A DNA stretch of 64,000 nucleotides from Phoronis australis. Lineage: Eukaryota; Animalia; Phoronida. Numbering within the stretch: the first letter of the stretch is position 1; every line of letters begins with the position of its first letter. Where the stretch lies: assembly GCA_002633005.1 (NCBI GenBank), contig NMRA01000017.1:655587-719586 (forward strand), given 5' to 3'. Positions 37,505 through 49,613 of this stretch are shown here, piece after piece. The translations under genes and the position numbers were made by a program. Below the pieces are notes generated by a model, which did not search any database, was not told the DNA's origin, and saw only the letters and a program-made list of their open reading frames with translations.

Positions 37505-39837
37505 TACTAACAACATAATTTTTATGATTTGTTATGACAATATGTACCCAGCCTGAATTGGGTATATTTGTCACTTCAGAATGTTGATGAGACATAATGA
37601 TTAACAAATCAAATAAATTATAGAAAACCAACCAACAAAATGTGGGTTTAAGTCGATAGTGGTGTGATGTGATCTTGGGCTCACCGGAAATTGTGTTTAG
37701 CGTAACTCTACTATCAGGTAGTACTTTCTAATGGTTTGTACATGGTCATAAGGCCAACCACTGGTAAAGGTTACAGATATTTGGTTAACTTCCACCATTT
37801 CATGTCGCTTTCATCACTCTCGGTGTAATTTTCATAAGAAAGCTGGTGGTTTTTCACTTCCATTTTCCTAAACTTTATCCGTATCAGCCAGCAGAAGATC
37901 AATCAGTGAGTTGTTTAGGATAGAACCACACAACCACACTGTTTCTACCACCTTTTCAACAGTCCTCGTATACACTTGTTTTCGGTCTAAGTATGGCTTC
38001 ACCTCCATGTCTGTACAGGACAATACGACAATTTACTTGTTAAGTATACGACTTATGTACGGATGGGTATTGATAGACTTGAGCAAGATCAAATATAAAC
38101 GTGTTAGGGAAAATTCACTGTTGTCTTACCATGTAACACAACATCTTGGCACGAACAGCGTCCACTGAGGACTCACGACCCTGACCACAGGTAATGAGCC
38201 AGGTAAACTTTCACATCTCAATCGACACCATTTTGCCTAAATGCATTATGGAACTTGTGATTTGTTTTTAGATGTTGAGTCTTTAAACACCCTTCTTAAA
38301 AATGAATATCCTATTAAAAATTAAATTAACAGGCTACTCGTGCGGACAAGTTTGGACATTTCCATTACAATGTTTGAAGCGGAATGTGTTCTAAAAATAT
38401 TGTAAATAATGGATTCTCTTGAACTTTTTGGAATAATCGGTCAATCTTCCTCATAAAATCATTAAACTATGTTTTCGACTCGAGTCCCTACCCGAGTCCT
38501 ACCGACCACTACAGCCAAACCAAGTTGTTATTGCTAAGGGGAATAAACCCATAGAATACCTTGTAGTGTACCGGAAAGGGTCAATTAGTGTAAAGGTCAT
38601 CTAATTTTCAAAACGTTATTTCTCCTACATTTTTCAAGGAATTCTCCGGCTTCAGTTTCTGCAGCTGGTGTAAGCTTACATGCCAATTAAATACACTACT
38701 TTTCTAAGCAATCCGGCCATCTAATCACTAGAGATAAAAATATGTCAAAAGACATTGAATGCAAACTTAAATTTTGAGCTAGACACTTCAAATTTACATA
38801 TGTGAGCGGTACATGTAATTGAATTTCAATTTCAAAGTTTCAGGTCTTTTTGTGCAACCATGTGGTCTTTAAGTGCATTTTGCTTCTGAAAATGAGCTCT
38901 TCGTTCAACTTATGTTAGACTACTGTGCCTTCTGTGTTTCTCAACATTAACTGCACTTTCAGTACCATAATTCCACTACAGGGGCACATAATGCACCCTA
39001 AAGGGTCAAATACTCCAAAAGATATCCAGTTTCATTCAACGTTTTCTTCTTATTCAATTTCTGGTCTCACTTTGTTTTGAGGCTACTGCCTAGAGCAGAG
39101 GCTTGTTTACCCTGGTGTTATTTACCTATGTCACTCGACCTTTTACTTGTTATCTTGACCTTTACATCCTGGTTCTTGTACCTTTGAGAATGAGGAGTGT
39201 ACCTCTAAACATGTCACTAAAGTGAAGCTATGTACTACTTGGATATTTATTAAATGTTTGACTGTGCTTCTGCTGAACAGGTCTTTTGGAAATTTCTATT
39301 CTACTGTGCCAACAGTTAAATATCTGTGCCCAGCATGGTGCACGTTTGTATTTTTGCGTAGTTCTGCTATGGTGCACATTGCACAAGCCACCGGAAAGGC
39401 TGTAAACTTTCCAAAATGTTTCACTCCCGCTCATTATTGTCACTTTCTGACAATCTCGAGTTCACGACTGAAAAGAATTTTAAAAATTAGGCATTTTCGT
39501 AGACTCTTGGGACATGCAGTTGCATTCAACGGAAGTGATCAGGTCTGAAAGGGCCTCAGTACCCGGTTGCATGTAACAGTCCCAACTAGGGACTCAACCA
39601 AGTTCCCTGAATCTACTGCGTATATGTGGGTTTGTGAAAACACGGATTATCGGGGTATTTTGCTGTTTGGTTCTCATTTATTAAGTCAAATTTTGACTTT
39701 GGCACAAATCGGGAGTGAAGTCTACGTTGAATTCTGAATGTTATTGAAAATATCATGCTATGAACATTCCCACTAAATAAAATTGGTTCTAACCCTGGTG
39801 TTTAAGGTAACAGGCGGGGTATGGAAAATTGAACTAG

Positions 39838-40235
39838 ACCGTATTTATCCACCTTGGCTGAGACGCGCTCGGCTCATGCTCAAATGGATGCCGCCAAGCT
39901 GCTCTATTCATCGAGTCACGAGCGAGGATAATTGACTTCGCTCATGCGGATATGATCAGCTGATTACAGTCTAGCTTAACAACTGTACTTTTTATGGAGA
40001 GAATTTTACGTAGTTTTTACTGTAATATTTGAAAAGAGGAGCGAAAACAAATACGAATACAACTTTGAATTTTTCAAATCNTTGCATTATAGTAACTGGT
40101 CTTGGCTAATTATCATTTTATGGCCTGGTCATCCATTCAGCCCAAAGTAGTTCCAGAGGTGGCTTATCAGCCAATTATTCACGCATGCTGACTCACAATA
40201 GAAGCCTGATGAGAGTGAAGGTGGATAAATGCGGT
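39838..40235. mobile_element. MITE with 16-bp TIR
   Basis: ACCGTATTTATCCACC ... GGTGGATAAATGCGGT (one mismatch). Confidence 0.6.
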
Positions 40236-42409
40236 GTTCCTACAGTTTCTTGTTTTAGTGGATGTGTTCACGACATGTGTAGGGATCCTTTAACGCCCCT
40301 AATTTAAGGACTAAGTCCCTAATTATTTTGACTGAATTAAAGGTTCCGTTTTTAGTTATGTTATTAGGAAATGTCATTAGTCAAAGAAGGGCTCACGCTA
40401 AAGATAAAATAATGGAAAAATACTATGTCTCTCAGTAAAGAACGAAACAAATACGCGAAAGATTTAGAGAACTTAGTTGAGTCCCATTTGGGACTGTTTC
40501 ATGTAACCGGGTACAGTTCTCCGCGCTCTGTTTCATGATCAAAATGAAAAGTAGGCCTACTTGACTGGTGGTGTTTTTGCGCGAGTATTGTGCGCTCGTG
40601 TGACGCGGTACTTGCGTACGTGCGTATATTTCCGTGAGCTTTGGTCGTTGAAATATTTAAGAATTGCACTTTTACCAAGAACATTACGGTAGTCACTAAA
40701 ATGCCCAAAATAGAAATTTGTTAAGGAAAGTTTGAATCGGTTGTACTACCTTTACTAAAAATACCGAACTATCCCTTACTAAGGTTCCAAGAAATCAGTA
40801 TTGCATGGCATCCCGAGAATGTTTATGAACACGGAATCGTATTGATGGACGCTTCTCAACCTAGATACTCGCAAATATAACTTTTTAGTGAAACCGAAAG
40901 CTTTCAATAAATAAATCCGAAATATAAGCGAAAAAGTTTAACTTTTCCTTCCTTATCCAATGTGTACTTTCAGAGGTTCGCTAATTTTGACCGTAAACAC
41001 GTGGTTTTTGACAAGTGGCCCCCGGAATACATTTTGTTTGTCATGATAGTTATGGCCAATGCCCAGGTGTGTCCGAGCTAACTCGGGTGTTAATACCCTG
41101 CATAATTAAGTGGCAGTTTAAACTGCAGGACAGCAAGGACACCTCCAGCGACAACGTTTTTGCTGGCCCCATGGTACGTTAATTGTGTAAATATTTAACT
41201 TACTTTCACCTCCATTGCATTATAGAAATGACCAGGCAAGATCACGTGGTCATGGACTTAAGTCCAAGGTTACTCAGTGGTTTCCAGGGCTGCACTGACT
41301 AATCCAGGGTGTCTGTGTGTGTGCAGACAAGTCCAAGGTTTGTAAATCAATAATCAGCTGAGGGAAAGAATTACATAATGCTGATAAAGCGGCAAGAGAA
41401 GCCAGCATACAGATAAAAGTCCAGCCCAGACCCTCTCACGAATCAAGAAATCGGAGAAGGCCATTACTGCTGAACTTTAATTAACCAAGCTGTGCGAACA
41501 AGAACTGCCCTGTATAGCCCTGTGCAACAGATTCACACAGTGCTATTATTTGTGTTGAAAAGCAGTAGTGTTGTTTTGGTGTGAAACTATGTCTAACGTT
41601 GTTTGAAGAACAGCTAGGCTAAACATTAGCCAGCGGTATTTCTACGACATTAAACTGATTTAACAGAAACATGGAGAAAAATGGATATTAAGGTAAAGAT
41701 GGAGAATACCACAGAGATATAAGTGTAAATATAAGTGTAAATATAAGTTATTAAAGTGGTCATAATCACAAGTCAACACCCACAAAAATAATGAGTATAC
41801 ACAATAATAGGTACACATATGAATATTACAATCTCAAATCACAATTGTACAGAAACGCTGGCAGGCCTATATACACTATCAACAACATAACCTGGAGTGT
41901 TTACAACGAGAGCAGCTGCATTCAGGGGCCAGTCCAGGTCCGTTTCAGTCCGCTCATACTCAGACAACATCAACAATAGGTATGCAAACCGGTTTTATTA
42001 TATCCGAAGTCCATTTACAACAGCTTGTGCGGTAAACAATAGCCTATTCAAATTGGTTATTGACCTAGCTTGAAGCCTGAACATTTACTTTGCCCGCATA
42101 CAGTATTGCAGTATTGACAGACTTTATGCTCATCACCTAGGTCATAGCAAGAGAAACAGCGTTCTGCTCACCACCTCGGCTCAATTTACCGCGGACATAA
42201 GCTATGACCCGAGCTCACTCGCATTCGAGGCTCGCTACGCTTCGTCTGGGCTGGCTATCACATACATTAATGCCCTGAAGTCCCAATTACGTGCATTTTG
42301 CGGTGTTTATAAAACCTTCCTTGACGTGTGTAACCCGATATCGAAGAGCACAAGTATTTGCCATCATTTGAAAGGCATTGGTCCTATGAGAATGGATAGT
42401 TATCCCGAG

Positions 42410-43063
42410 CTATGATTTCTGTATGTGGTACACCATTCCAGGTTCTCCGTATAAATACCGCTCTACCCGAACACTCTCAATCAATTTCATCTTTCCTTCA
42501 CTTTCCAGTTTTTGGAACAAGTTCATGCACGCTGAGGGAGAGTGGGATCCTTCAAATATTTTCATCACAATCACAATTTTGCCATCTTTCTTAACAACTC
42601 TCAAGAACTCCAAGACAGAGTCAATAGGCATGGCGCAGGGAGCCACGGCACCCGAGACCACCGCAGCATCATAGGCTTCGCTATCTATTTCTGGTGTAGG
42701 GGCAGAGGAAACTGGATAGCAATAAATGTTTTTGTACAGACCCTTCGGTCTAGCTTTGTCCAACATTTCTTTGCACGGATCGACTGCATCCACATTGTGG
42801 AATCCAGACTTATGAAGTCCTTCCGCCACCCTGCCTGTGCCTGCGCCAAAGTCTATAATACGAGCAGTTTTGTTCTCGCCCAGCACCTCTGCCAGTTTTT
42901 TCGCGGCGAAGATAGGCGATTGAAATTCGGCATCGACTGTGTCTTTATCGTATGTGGTCGACCAGACGGCATACGAATTGGTTCCGTCTTTGTAAGACTT
43001 CTCCACAATTTGCTTGACACAAGCAAATCGTTCCTCTCTGCTCCGACTATCTTTACCCATCAT
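42410..43063 (-). CDS. Intronless class I SAM-dependent methyltransferase, METTL27/WBSCR27-like (217 aa)
   Basis: Single ORF from the first ATG at 43063, with an in-frame stop shortly upstream. Motifs YAVWSTTYDKD, motif I IIDFGAGTGRVA, VDAVDPCKEML, YDAAVVSG, EFLRVVKKDGKIV. Confidence 0.88.
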   Translation of the reverse strand: MMGKDSRSREERFACVKQIVEKSYKDGTNSYAVWSTTYDKDTVDAEFQSPIFAAKKLAEVLGENKTARIIDFGAGTGRVAEGLHKSGFHNVDAVDPCKEMLDKARPKGLYKNIYCYPVSSAPTPEIDSEAYDAAVVSGAVAPCAMPIDSVLEFLRVVKKDGKIVIVMKIFEGSHSPSACMNLFQKLESEGKMKLIESVRVERYLYGEPGMVYHIQKS

Positions 43064-43127
43064 TCGTGACCACTTCTGCACACCTCACCACTCTTTTCTG
43101 TAATAGTTGATTACAGTCGGCTCGCTT

Positions 43128-43366
43128 CTATATATGAGGGACGGACTGTTTGACGTCACCGCAATATAGGGTATCGTCTATCGTTGGCCACTGAGAGCGA
43201 AAGTGTCGCTCATAAATTACGCTGGTAGAATACGAACGTAGTAAGCGGACTCGTTTACTTACGAACCGTCCGGGTGAAACTGTCGCTCTTATACGCTCGA
43301 CACTTCGCTCGTGCTTTACGACAGTAAACATTATATCCAATGACAGATTGGTCTGCAGGTCACGTG
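43128..43366 (-). promoter_or_regulatory. Putative promoter of the methyltransferase gene (TATA, CRE, E-box)
   Basis: TATATAG at 43134-43128, ~65 bp upstream of the ATG. Perfect TGACGTCA at 43151-43158. TCACGTGA at 43360-43367. Locally CpG-rich. Confidence 0.5.
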
Positions 43367-43383
43367 AGCTATAAGGCAATGCC

Positions 43384-43497
43384 CGTAATTTTACGCTCGT
43401 ATTTTCACTCGTAATTTCACGTTCATAATTTTACGTTCGTTGTCCTCGTAATTTTACTTTTGTAATTTTACACTCGTACTTTTACGCTCATATTTTT
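43384..43497. repeat. Degenerate short tandem repeat (~14-bp CGTAATTTTACGCT-like units)
   Basis: About eight imperfect copies of (T)CGTAATTTTAC. Confidence 0.75.
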
Positions 43498-44039
43498 GCG
43501 CATGTTATGAAGTGTTCAGAAGGTAAAATCTCAGGTTTGAAGCATATTCATAAGTGCAAAAAATAAAAAATATCGAAGACTGATCGAAATTTTTTACTTG
43601 CTGTCCTAGCCATCCCAGGCATTTGAAAGTAGTCCGTTTTAGTACATACTGAAGTTTCAAAATGTTTATCTTGTTGGTTTTCTGAAATGCTTTTACTTTG
43701 TTTGTTTGTTAAAATTAACATACTTTTTCAATATTTAGGTCAAGTTTCATTCTCTTTCTCATATCAGTGCGTGCTGATGACTAAAAGGCACAGGTTCAAA
43801 ACGGTTTTCGGGGCTAATGAAGTAGAATTTTCAAATGTAAGTGATAAATCACTCATTCTTTAATCAAGATATTTGAATTACAGACCGTTTGCTCCACATA
43901 AACAATGCCAACTGTGACGGTTTCCCCTGAATGGCCCACGTTACTCTTTTCACGCCCGAAGAGTGTAAATATTTCGAGCGTTTAGCAGACTATAGACTTT
44001 AACTCGGGAAAAGTATATCCTGGAGGTAGAAAGCTAGAT

Positions 44040-44190
44040 TTTGGGTGGCGCACCATAGGGGGCTGGGGGGCTATAGCCCCCCACTTTTTTCAGTGACTAC
44101 GCTGCACATGGTCCATAGGCGATGCACCACAGGGGGACTGAAGTGGCTTTATCCCCCTCCCCCACTTTTTTCAGTGCTGCGCCGCCCATG
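44040..44190. mobile_element. Short dimeric GC-rich MITE, same family as 63773-63918
   Basis: GGGTGGCGCACCATAGGGGGCTGGGGGGCTATAGCCCCC...CAGTGCTGCGCCGCCCATG, with two internal ~70-bp subunits. Confidence 0.7.
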
Positions 44191-46143
44191 CAAAAAACAC
44201 GACCATATTTCGTTTGATAAATGTCCAAGATGGCCGCTAAAGCTCTGACGCAGTTTTATTAATTATCTCTTCGTTTTCCTTTTTATGCAAAATTTTGATT
44301 TTTTTTTCATAAAAATCATATTTTTGAAAGCCTCTCGTTCAACAATGTAACAGTCAAAGAACAAACAAGTAATCAAAGAGGATTTTGGACAACACTGCAT
44401 AAAGCATACTTTCTGAAATTAATGGTAAACAAATTATTACGAGGTGATCAATCTCTCCCTTGGTTGATAAGTTACTCTATATCATTTGTCCGTCCAATAA
44501 CCAATCAGAATAGACCGGAGCCGTCTAGTCTCTGCTGTAGTATTAGTCTAGGTAGTTCATGGTTCAAACCACGACCACCTCTCGTCTACGAGAAAGTCAG
44601 AACACAACTGTTATACTAAACACGTGGTTCACTGGTGTTGTGGCACGTGTTTCAGTTGTTATCAGTTTAGGGCTCTAGTGTACTTGTAACTCGTCTGTAA
44701 TTTATTCTATTTCTCGTAAATACGACATATAGTCGCTAAAAATACAAGAGCCGTAAGAGCCAAAAGACCAAGTCGAGGTGACCTCAATCAGCTCAAAGCG
44801 TGCTTCAAGGATAATCTTTTGAAGCATTGCTTCTGACGCTGAAAAAACCGCGGATGTCGTACATGTAACTGAGACTGGGTTGCCAAAAAGTTTGAAACAA
44901 GTTCCTTAACTCTTGCAAACCACACAATTTTGAAGGAATTCAATTTATGAGAGCAAGGTTCTTAATGAGGAGGGGATATTCAGCGATTTTTGGATTTCAA
45001 GTTAGCTAATAAACCTTAATATCTATCATTGGAATGAACCAACACGTTAACTCGAATAAATGCGGAAAATGTTTTGGGGGACCCTCAAGCTCCGCGGGAT
45101 GCGCCGTCTTCCATGCTGTTCGAGTTTCCCCTTAAAAATCTGCCAGCATGCCTACGGGAATTGCTTTTGTTTTGTTAAACAACGAATTTATTGACTCATA
45201 ATTTACATGCATGTTAACATATCTAGGAAAATCGTGGATGATTTTTTGACAATAAGAAGTTAATCTTGTAAGAACTGATCATGATTCAGTGGAAGTTCTG
45301 AAAATCATTTTCATCCGATACTCAAATAGCAAAGAACACTAGACGATTGCTGGTCCTGAAATACCTCACAAAGATATTCACGAAATTCAGACAGTCCTAC
45401 AGGGTGTCCCAAAATATAGTCACAATTCAAACGACAATAAATGTATTGTTTATGGACTTCGGAAAAAGAATAGCGGTTTAAATTCACAAACACTTGATCA
45501 AATTAAACGTATTGCTCAAGAACTTGGGAAGACTTTATATTGTCTTTGCACGTCCTTGATGTTTTTTTTTTAATTTCTATAGTAGAATTGCGCAATAAAT
45601 CTTTGTTCTCCGAAACTGAGAATCGTTTGTTTGACATTCCTGTGCATTCAGAGCACGGGATTGCTCACACATTACGCGCCCACTTTCAAAACAAGGTGCA
45701 ACCACACAGAAAGTCCGGGCGCAGATAAAATCTGATCTACTTAATTTGAACTCCTGGCGTTAATGGAAATGTAAGAACACTTGATTCAACTGATCCCAGC
45801 TACCGGAAAATGGGCTCCCCGTATTTTATAAATTTTTTTTTGAAACAGTCGTAAAGGCAGTATGACAGTACACAACGGACCTTGGAACTCCACTGCTTCA
45901 GAGCAATGAACTTTCCCCTAACTGGACTATTATAAAATTAATCTTGACCTTAGGACCAGCGCAGACGGATATACGAACTGAGCTGCAGCTGTCTCAACGG
46001 CTAGCCAATTTCCTAGTAGTAGTAGTTTCTATTGATTATCAAATCATAAACGATGGTTTCAAAATAATGTAAAGCTACAACAGTCCAACGAAAAACATAT
46101 TAAAAAATAACAAACATTTTATTGGAAATGGAGGCAATAGGAA

Positions 46144-46216
46144 AGGGCATAATAACGAGTTTGTACAATATATATCAGTAGGGCATAATAACGAGTTTGT
46201 ACAATATATATCAGTA
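46144..46216. repeat. 36-bp perfect tandem duplication
   Basis: AGGGCATAATAACGAGTTTGTACAATATATATCAGT x2. Confidence 0.9.
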
Positions 46217-46466
46217 TGAAATGCTTAGCGTAACTTTCATTACTGCAGTTATATAGGTTGCCTATTTGTTTGTCGAGTTGTCTCAACAATGACATGTATT
46301 GTCTTGTACGTTGGCGAAAGCAAATCTGATATTGTTGACAAGAGGGCAACTGAAATGCAATACACGTTCCTCTGTTTGAACCTCACTACCACATTGTGAG
46401 CAGAGTGACGTATTCTCGTTCACATTCCCGACATACGATTCGTATTTACCGTACACCTGAGCAGAG

Positions 46467-46758
46467 CATGCGTGCACCCAGCCCTTCAATATGGGGGACT
46501 CGAATTCCCGACGTTGTGGACCTTTTGCTAACAATGCCAAATGGGGGGGGGCTCATTCGAGCCCCCGAGCCCCCTCCCCCTGGGTGCGCGCATGGAAGGT
46601 AGTGCTGCAGTGGTAAAATAAGAGGTACGTAGGCGCCCAAAGCCCACCGTACCTTGAGCACTGAACGTACATGTAACTTATGATGCGTAGGCGCTACGTT
46701 CAAATGCCAAAAGTCGGTTGGCTGCGCCTACGTGCGCCTACGCCCCACTACAGCACTG
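46467..46758. mobile_element. Two adjacent short MITEs (46467-46594, 46600-46758)
   Basis: TIR pairs CATGCGTGCACCCAG/CTGGGTGCGCGCATG and TAGTGCTGCAGTGG/CCACTACAGCACTG. TSDs not recovered. Confidence 0.6.
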
Positions 46759-47387
46759 CGTGAGGGCAGTGCCAGTGCCAGCTATCTGCCGAGCTGTTTT
46801 GGCTTTTATAGGCTTCATTCTTTACTATCTCTGAAATTGTATAGTAAGAACTAAGTTGTGATAGCTGCCTCCCTCGGGTTTCCCCCGCCCACATATGGCG
46901 GGCGTGGGAATCGGTTCAAAATTGACAACATCTCGAGAATGGCATGGGGTGTGGGGGACGTTCGCGATAGCTAGGAAGGGGAGACGGGAGGTGGAGTCAG
47001 GGCAAACGTTTGGAGAAGGAGAGTAGTTTGTGATCCATAAATAATTTTTACCTTTCTATGAGTCTGAATTTGATTGGTTTAGACATTATATTTGGAACCT
47101 TTACATCACCCCCATTGCATTGAGGCAGGGGCCAGTCGCGGCTCAGTCGTACTCATGTAATTGCACTAATGTCCTGCGTTGTTCAATAAAGTAGTCGCGG
47201 CACATCTCCGAACTATCCTTACTGTGTCTACTTGGCCAGATACACCTATTGGACGACCTCGGGTAACCTTCCACGTTTTTGGTCCCGTGTCCTATCGCAG
47301 AGAATGGATCTGCGATGACTGAAGTGGCAAAGAGGGGGTCCCACGAGGCCATTTGGCTCAACTGCTTACCAAATCAGGGTACCAATC

Positions 47388-47705
47388 CAGTGGCGGATTT
47401 GGGGGGGCCAAGGGGGCCATGGCCCCCTAAAATTCTACCAGATAGGGGCCTACCATTTGGCAGTTCGGGTGCGAATTGCTGACTAGCACATGAGCGCAAC
47501 CACAGGGGCTCGGAGGTGAATAAACAATGCATAGGCCCTGAACAAACCACGTTTACCGTTTTTTTAGTCAATTAAAATGTCCGCAAACCCAAAAATTAGA
47601 GACCCTTGCATCCCTACATTTTATGCTGGGCACGCGCATCTGCCGAAATTCTGGTTATTCCTGTGCCCTGGCCCCCTTAACTCAAAATTCTGGATGGGGC
47701 CCCTG
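47388..47705. mobile_element. MITE, CAG..CTG termini, 5-bp TSD CAATC
   Basis: CAATC|CAGTGGCGGAT...GGATGGGGCCCCTG|CAATC. Confidence 0.72.
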
Positions 47706-48789
47706 CAATCTCAATGACTTCACTGCCAAAGCCTTTGCTCGGCTGCCTCATCTACAGTCTAGTAGGCTCAGTTCCGGAGGATTCAAAGATCTGACTGACC
47801 AAATGCTCGAACACCACGAGGAAATAATTACTGGGGCAGATGCCATTGCCGCCGAATTGGAAAAAATAAGCGCTCTCGACGGCTGTCAGGGTTCATCTCT
47901 GCCATTCCTAAATCCGCTCCACCGCCAAGCAATTTTCGCTTATCGAACTTAGGGGTCCATTCAAGAGTTTGTCACATTCTGGGCCATACTTGCGACTATA
48001 GTATACACAACAACACTCTTTCGAACGTTGGCTTTTCAAAGCAGAAAAAAATCCAAAACAACTGTTCTGTACAAGAATTAAACATGCATGGAACGGGAAA
48101 CCATGGGCGAACGTTACGCCCGTAAATTACATGCCATTAATAATTAATTTATGTCGTTAAGAATCAATTTAAGCCACTAACAAGACTTAATTTACGCACG
48201 TAATTCACGTGCGAAACGTTCACCTATTTGGCCAAAGTAATAGTTATTCACTTTGAATATTGCAAGAATTTCTTGCCAAAATCGTCAGATTCCCCCTTTT
48301 CAAACACAGTGATCACGTTTTCCCGCCATGTGAAATTTATTTATGCTCTTCGATGGTCATATTTTTGTTCAAGTGTAATTTCTGGAATGAAAAGTGAAAG
48401 CCTTGTGAATTTATGTTAATCAACCGCGAGAATTGAAAATTCTTGTTCTGGTTTCAGTTTCTGCTTAGTAAAGTAAATGTGTTGAAATTTTTGTTCATTT
48501 GGGATTTCCATAACCCCAGCGGTATATACCGGACAGAACTGGCCTAGTCAAGTGTTCTCCCGGGGTCAAAGTAGTCATGCACTTTTCACTTACGCAACCT
48601 CTGTTTGGGTATCCTGCGCAGACTCTCTAGATTGGCCTCACACGTTATCCGTTGTCAGAGCTGTGAGCCCTGGGAATCAGGTGAACCGTGTGTGCCTTTT
48701 ACGCAAAGATATACTATAACTATAAAATCTTTGTTTTACGTAGAGTAAACGACTGGAGTGTTTATTTGCCCACAGCGAACGGAAGTTGT

Positions 48790-49015
48790 CAGTGGCGGAT
48801 CTAGGATACGATAAGGGGGTCACGGGGGCAAGATGTTGCCTCGGGGAATTGGGCAAAGCCTGACTGTGCACAAGCGGCCCGAAAGTTGCCGGGGGCCGGG
48901 GATCTGGACCTTCTGTGAGAAAATCTATCGATGGCCAAAAAAAAAAAAAATATTAAAAATCGGGAACATGATTCCGCCGCGATCTGGGGTCTGACCATCT
49001 CTTTATCCGCTACCG
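48790..49015. mobile_element. Degenerate MITE (CAGTGGCGGAT family)
   Basis: CAGTGGCGGATCT ... TTTATCCGCTACCG. Flanks GTTGT/GTCCT match only partly. Confidence 0.55.
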
Positions 49016-49454
49016 GTCCTAGTTACTGAACTCAATATTTCTTCACCTTTCACACTCAGTGTTCCTGAGTGTTTCATTTTGCTTGTGTGGCATGTAGGGG
49101 TTTGGGTTCTTCAGCGCGTGGACGGCAGCCGGTCGCTATATCAATTCCTTACAACAACAGAACCAATGAGCTGTATAAATCTTAATTTATCTCACATGTG
49201 GTTGTACAGAAACAAAATTTGTATACAGGCCAGATTTTGCTAGTATCTGGCCGGTAAAATGTGTTTTGCATTTTAGAAAATTTTCCAGTTCAATTGAAAA
49301 CGCAAGCCAAACGCAAGTTCACAGGCAGCGTGGCCTGAAATTTTGGGAACTGGGTCTGAAGAAATTCAATTGTGGAAGACTTTTGATATTATTCATCGTA
49401 AATAGGCCCTATCATGATCCCCCCTTAAAATATTTGTTGATCGGATTGATTGAT

Positions 49455-49613
49455 TGAACTCTTCCGGGTCATGAAGTAAAAATTTCCACCGACACTGTCT
49501 CGCAAGAGGGCACTGCACAAATGAAGTATTGCCTAAGCACACGCAAAACACAAAAGTTGCACTGAAGAGTTGTAGTGCAGTGTTATCTCCGAGAAATCGT
49601 TCCAAAAGGTGGA
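49455..49613 (+). promoter_or_regulatory. Putative promoter / 5' region of the UBA-UBX-LRR gene
   Basis: ETS-type CTTCCGG at 49461 and TCTCGCAAGA (one mismatch to the TCTCGCGAGA housekeeping motif) at 49498, upstream of the candidate start exon. Confidence 0.35.

Noticed and set aside
42412-43069. Antisense ORFs overlapping the methyltransferase
   Set aside because: Shadow ORFs with no recognisable motifs.
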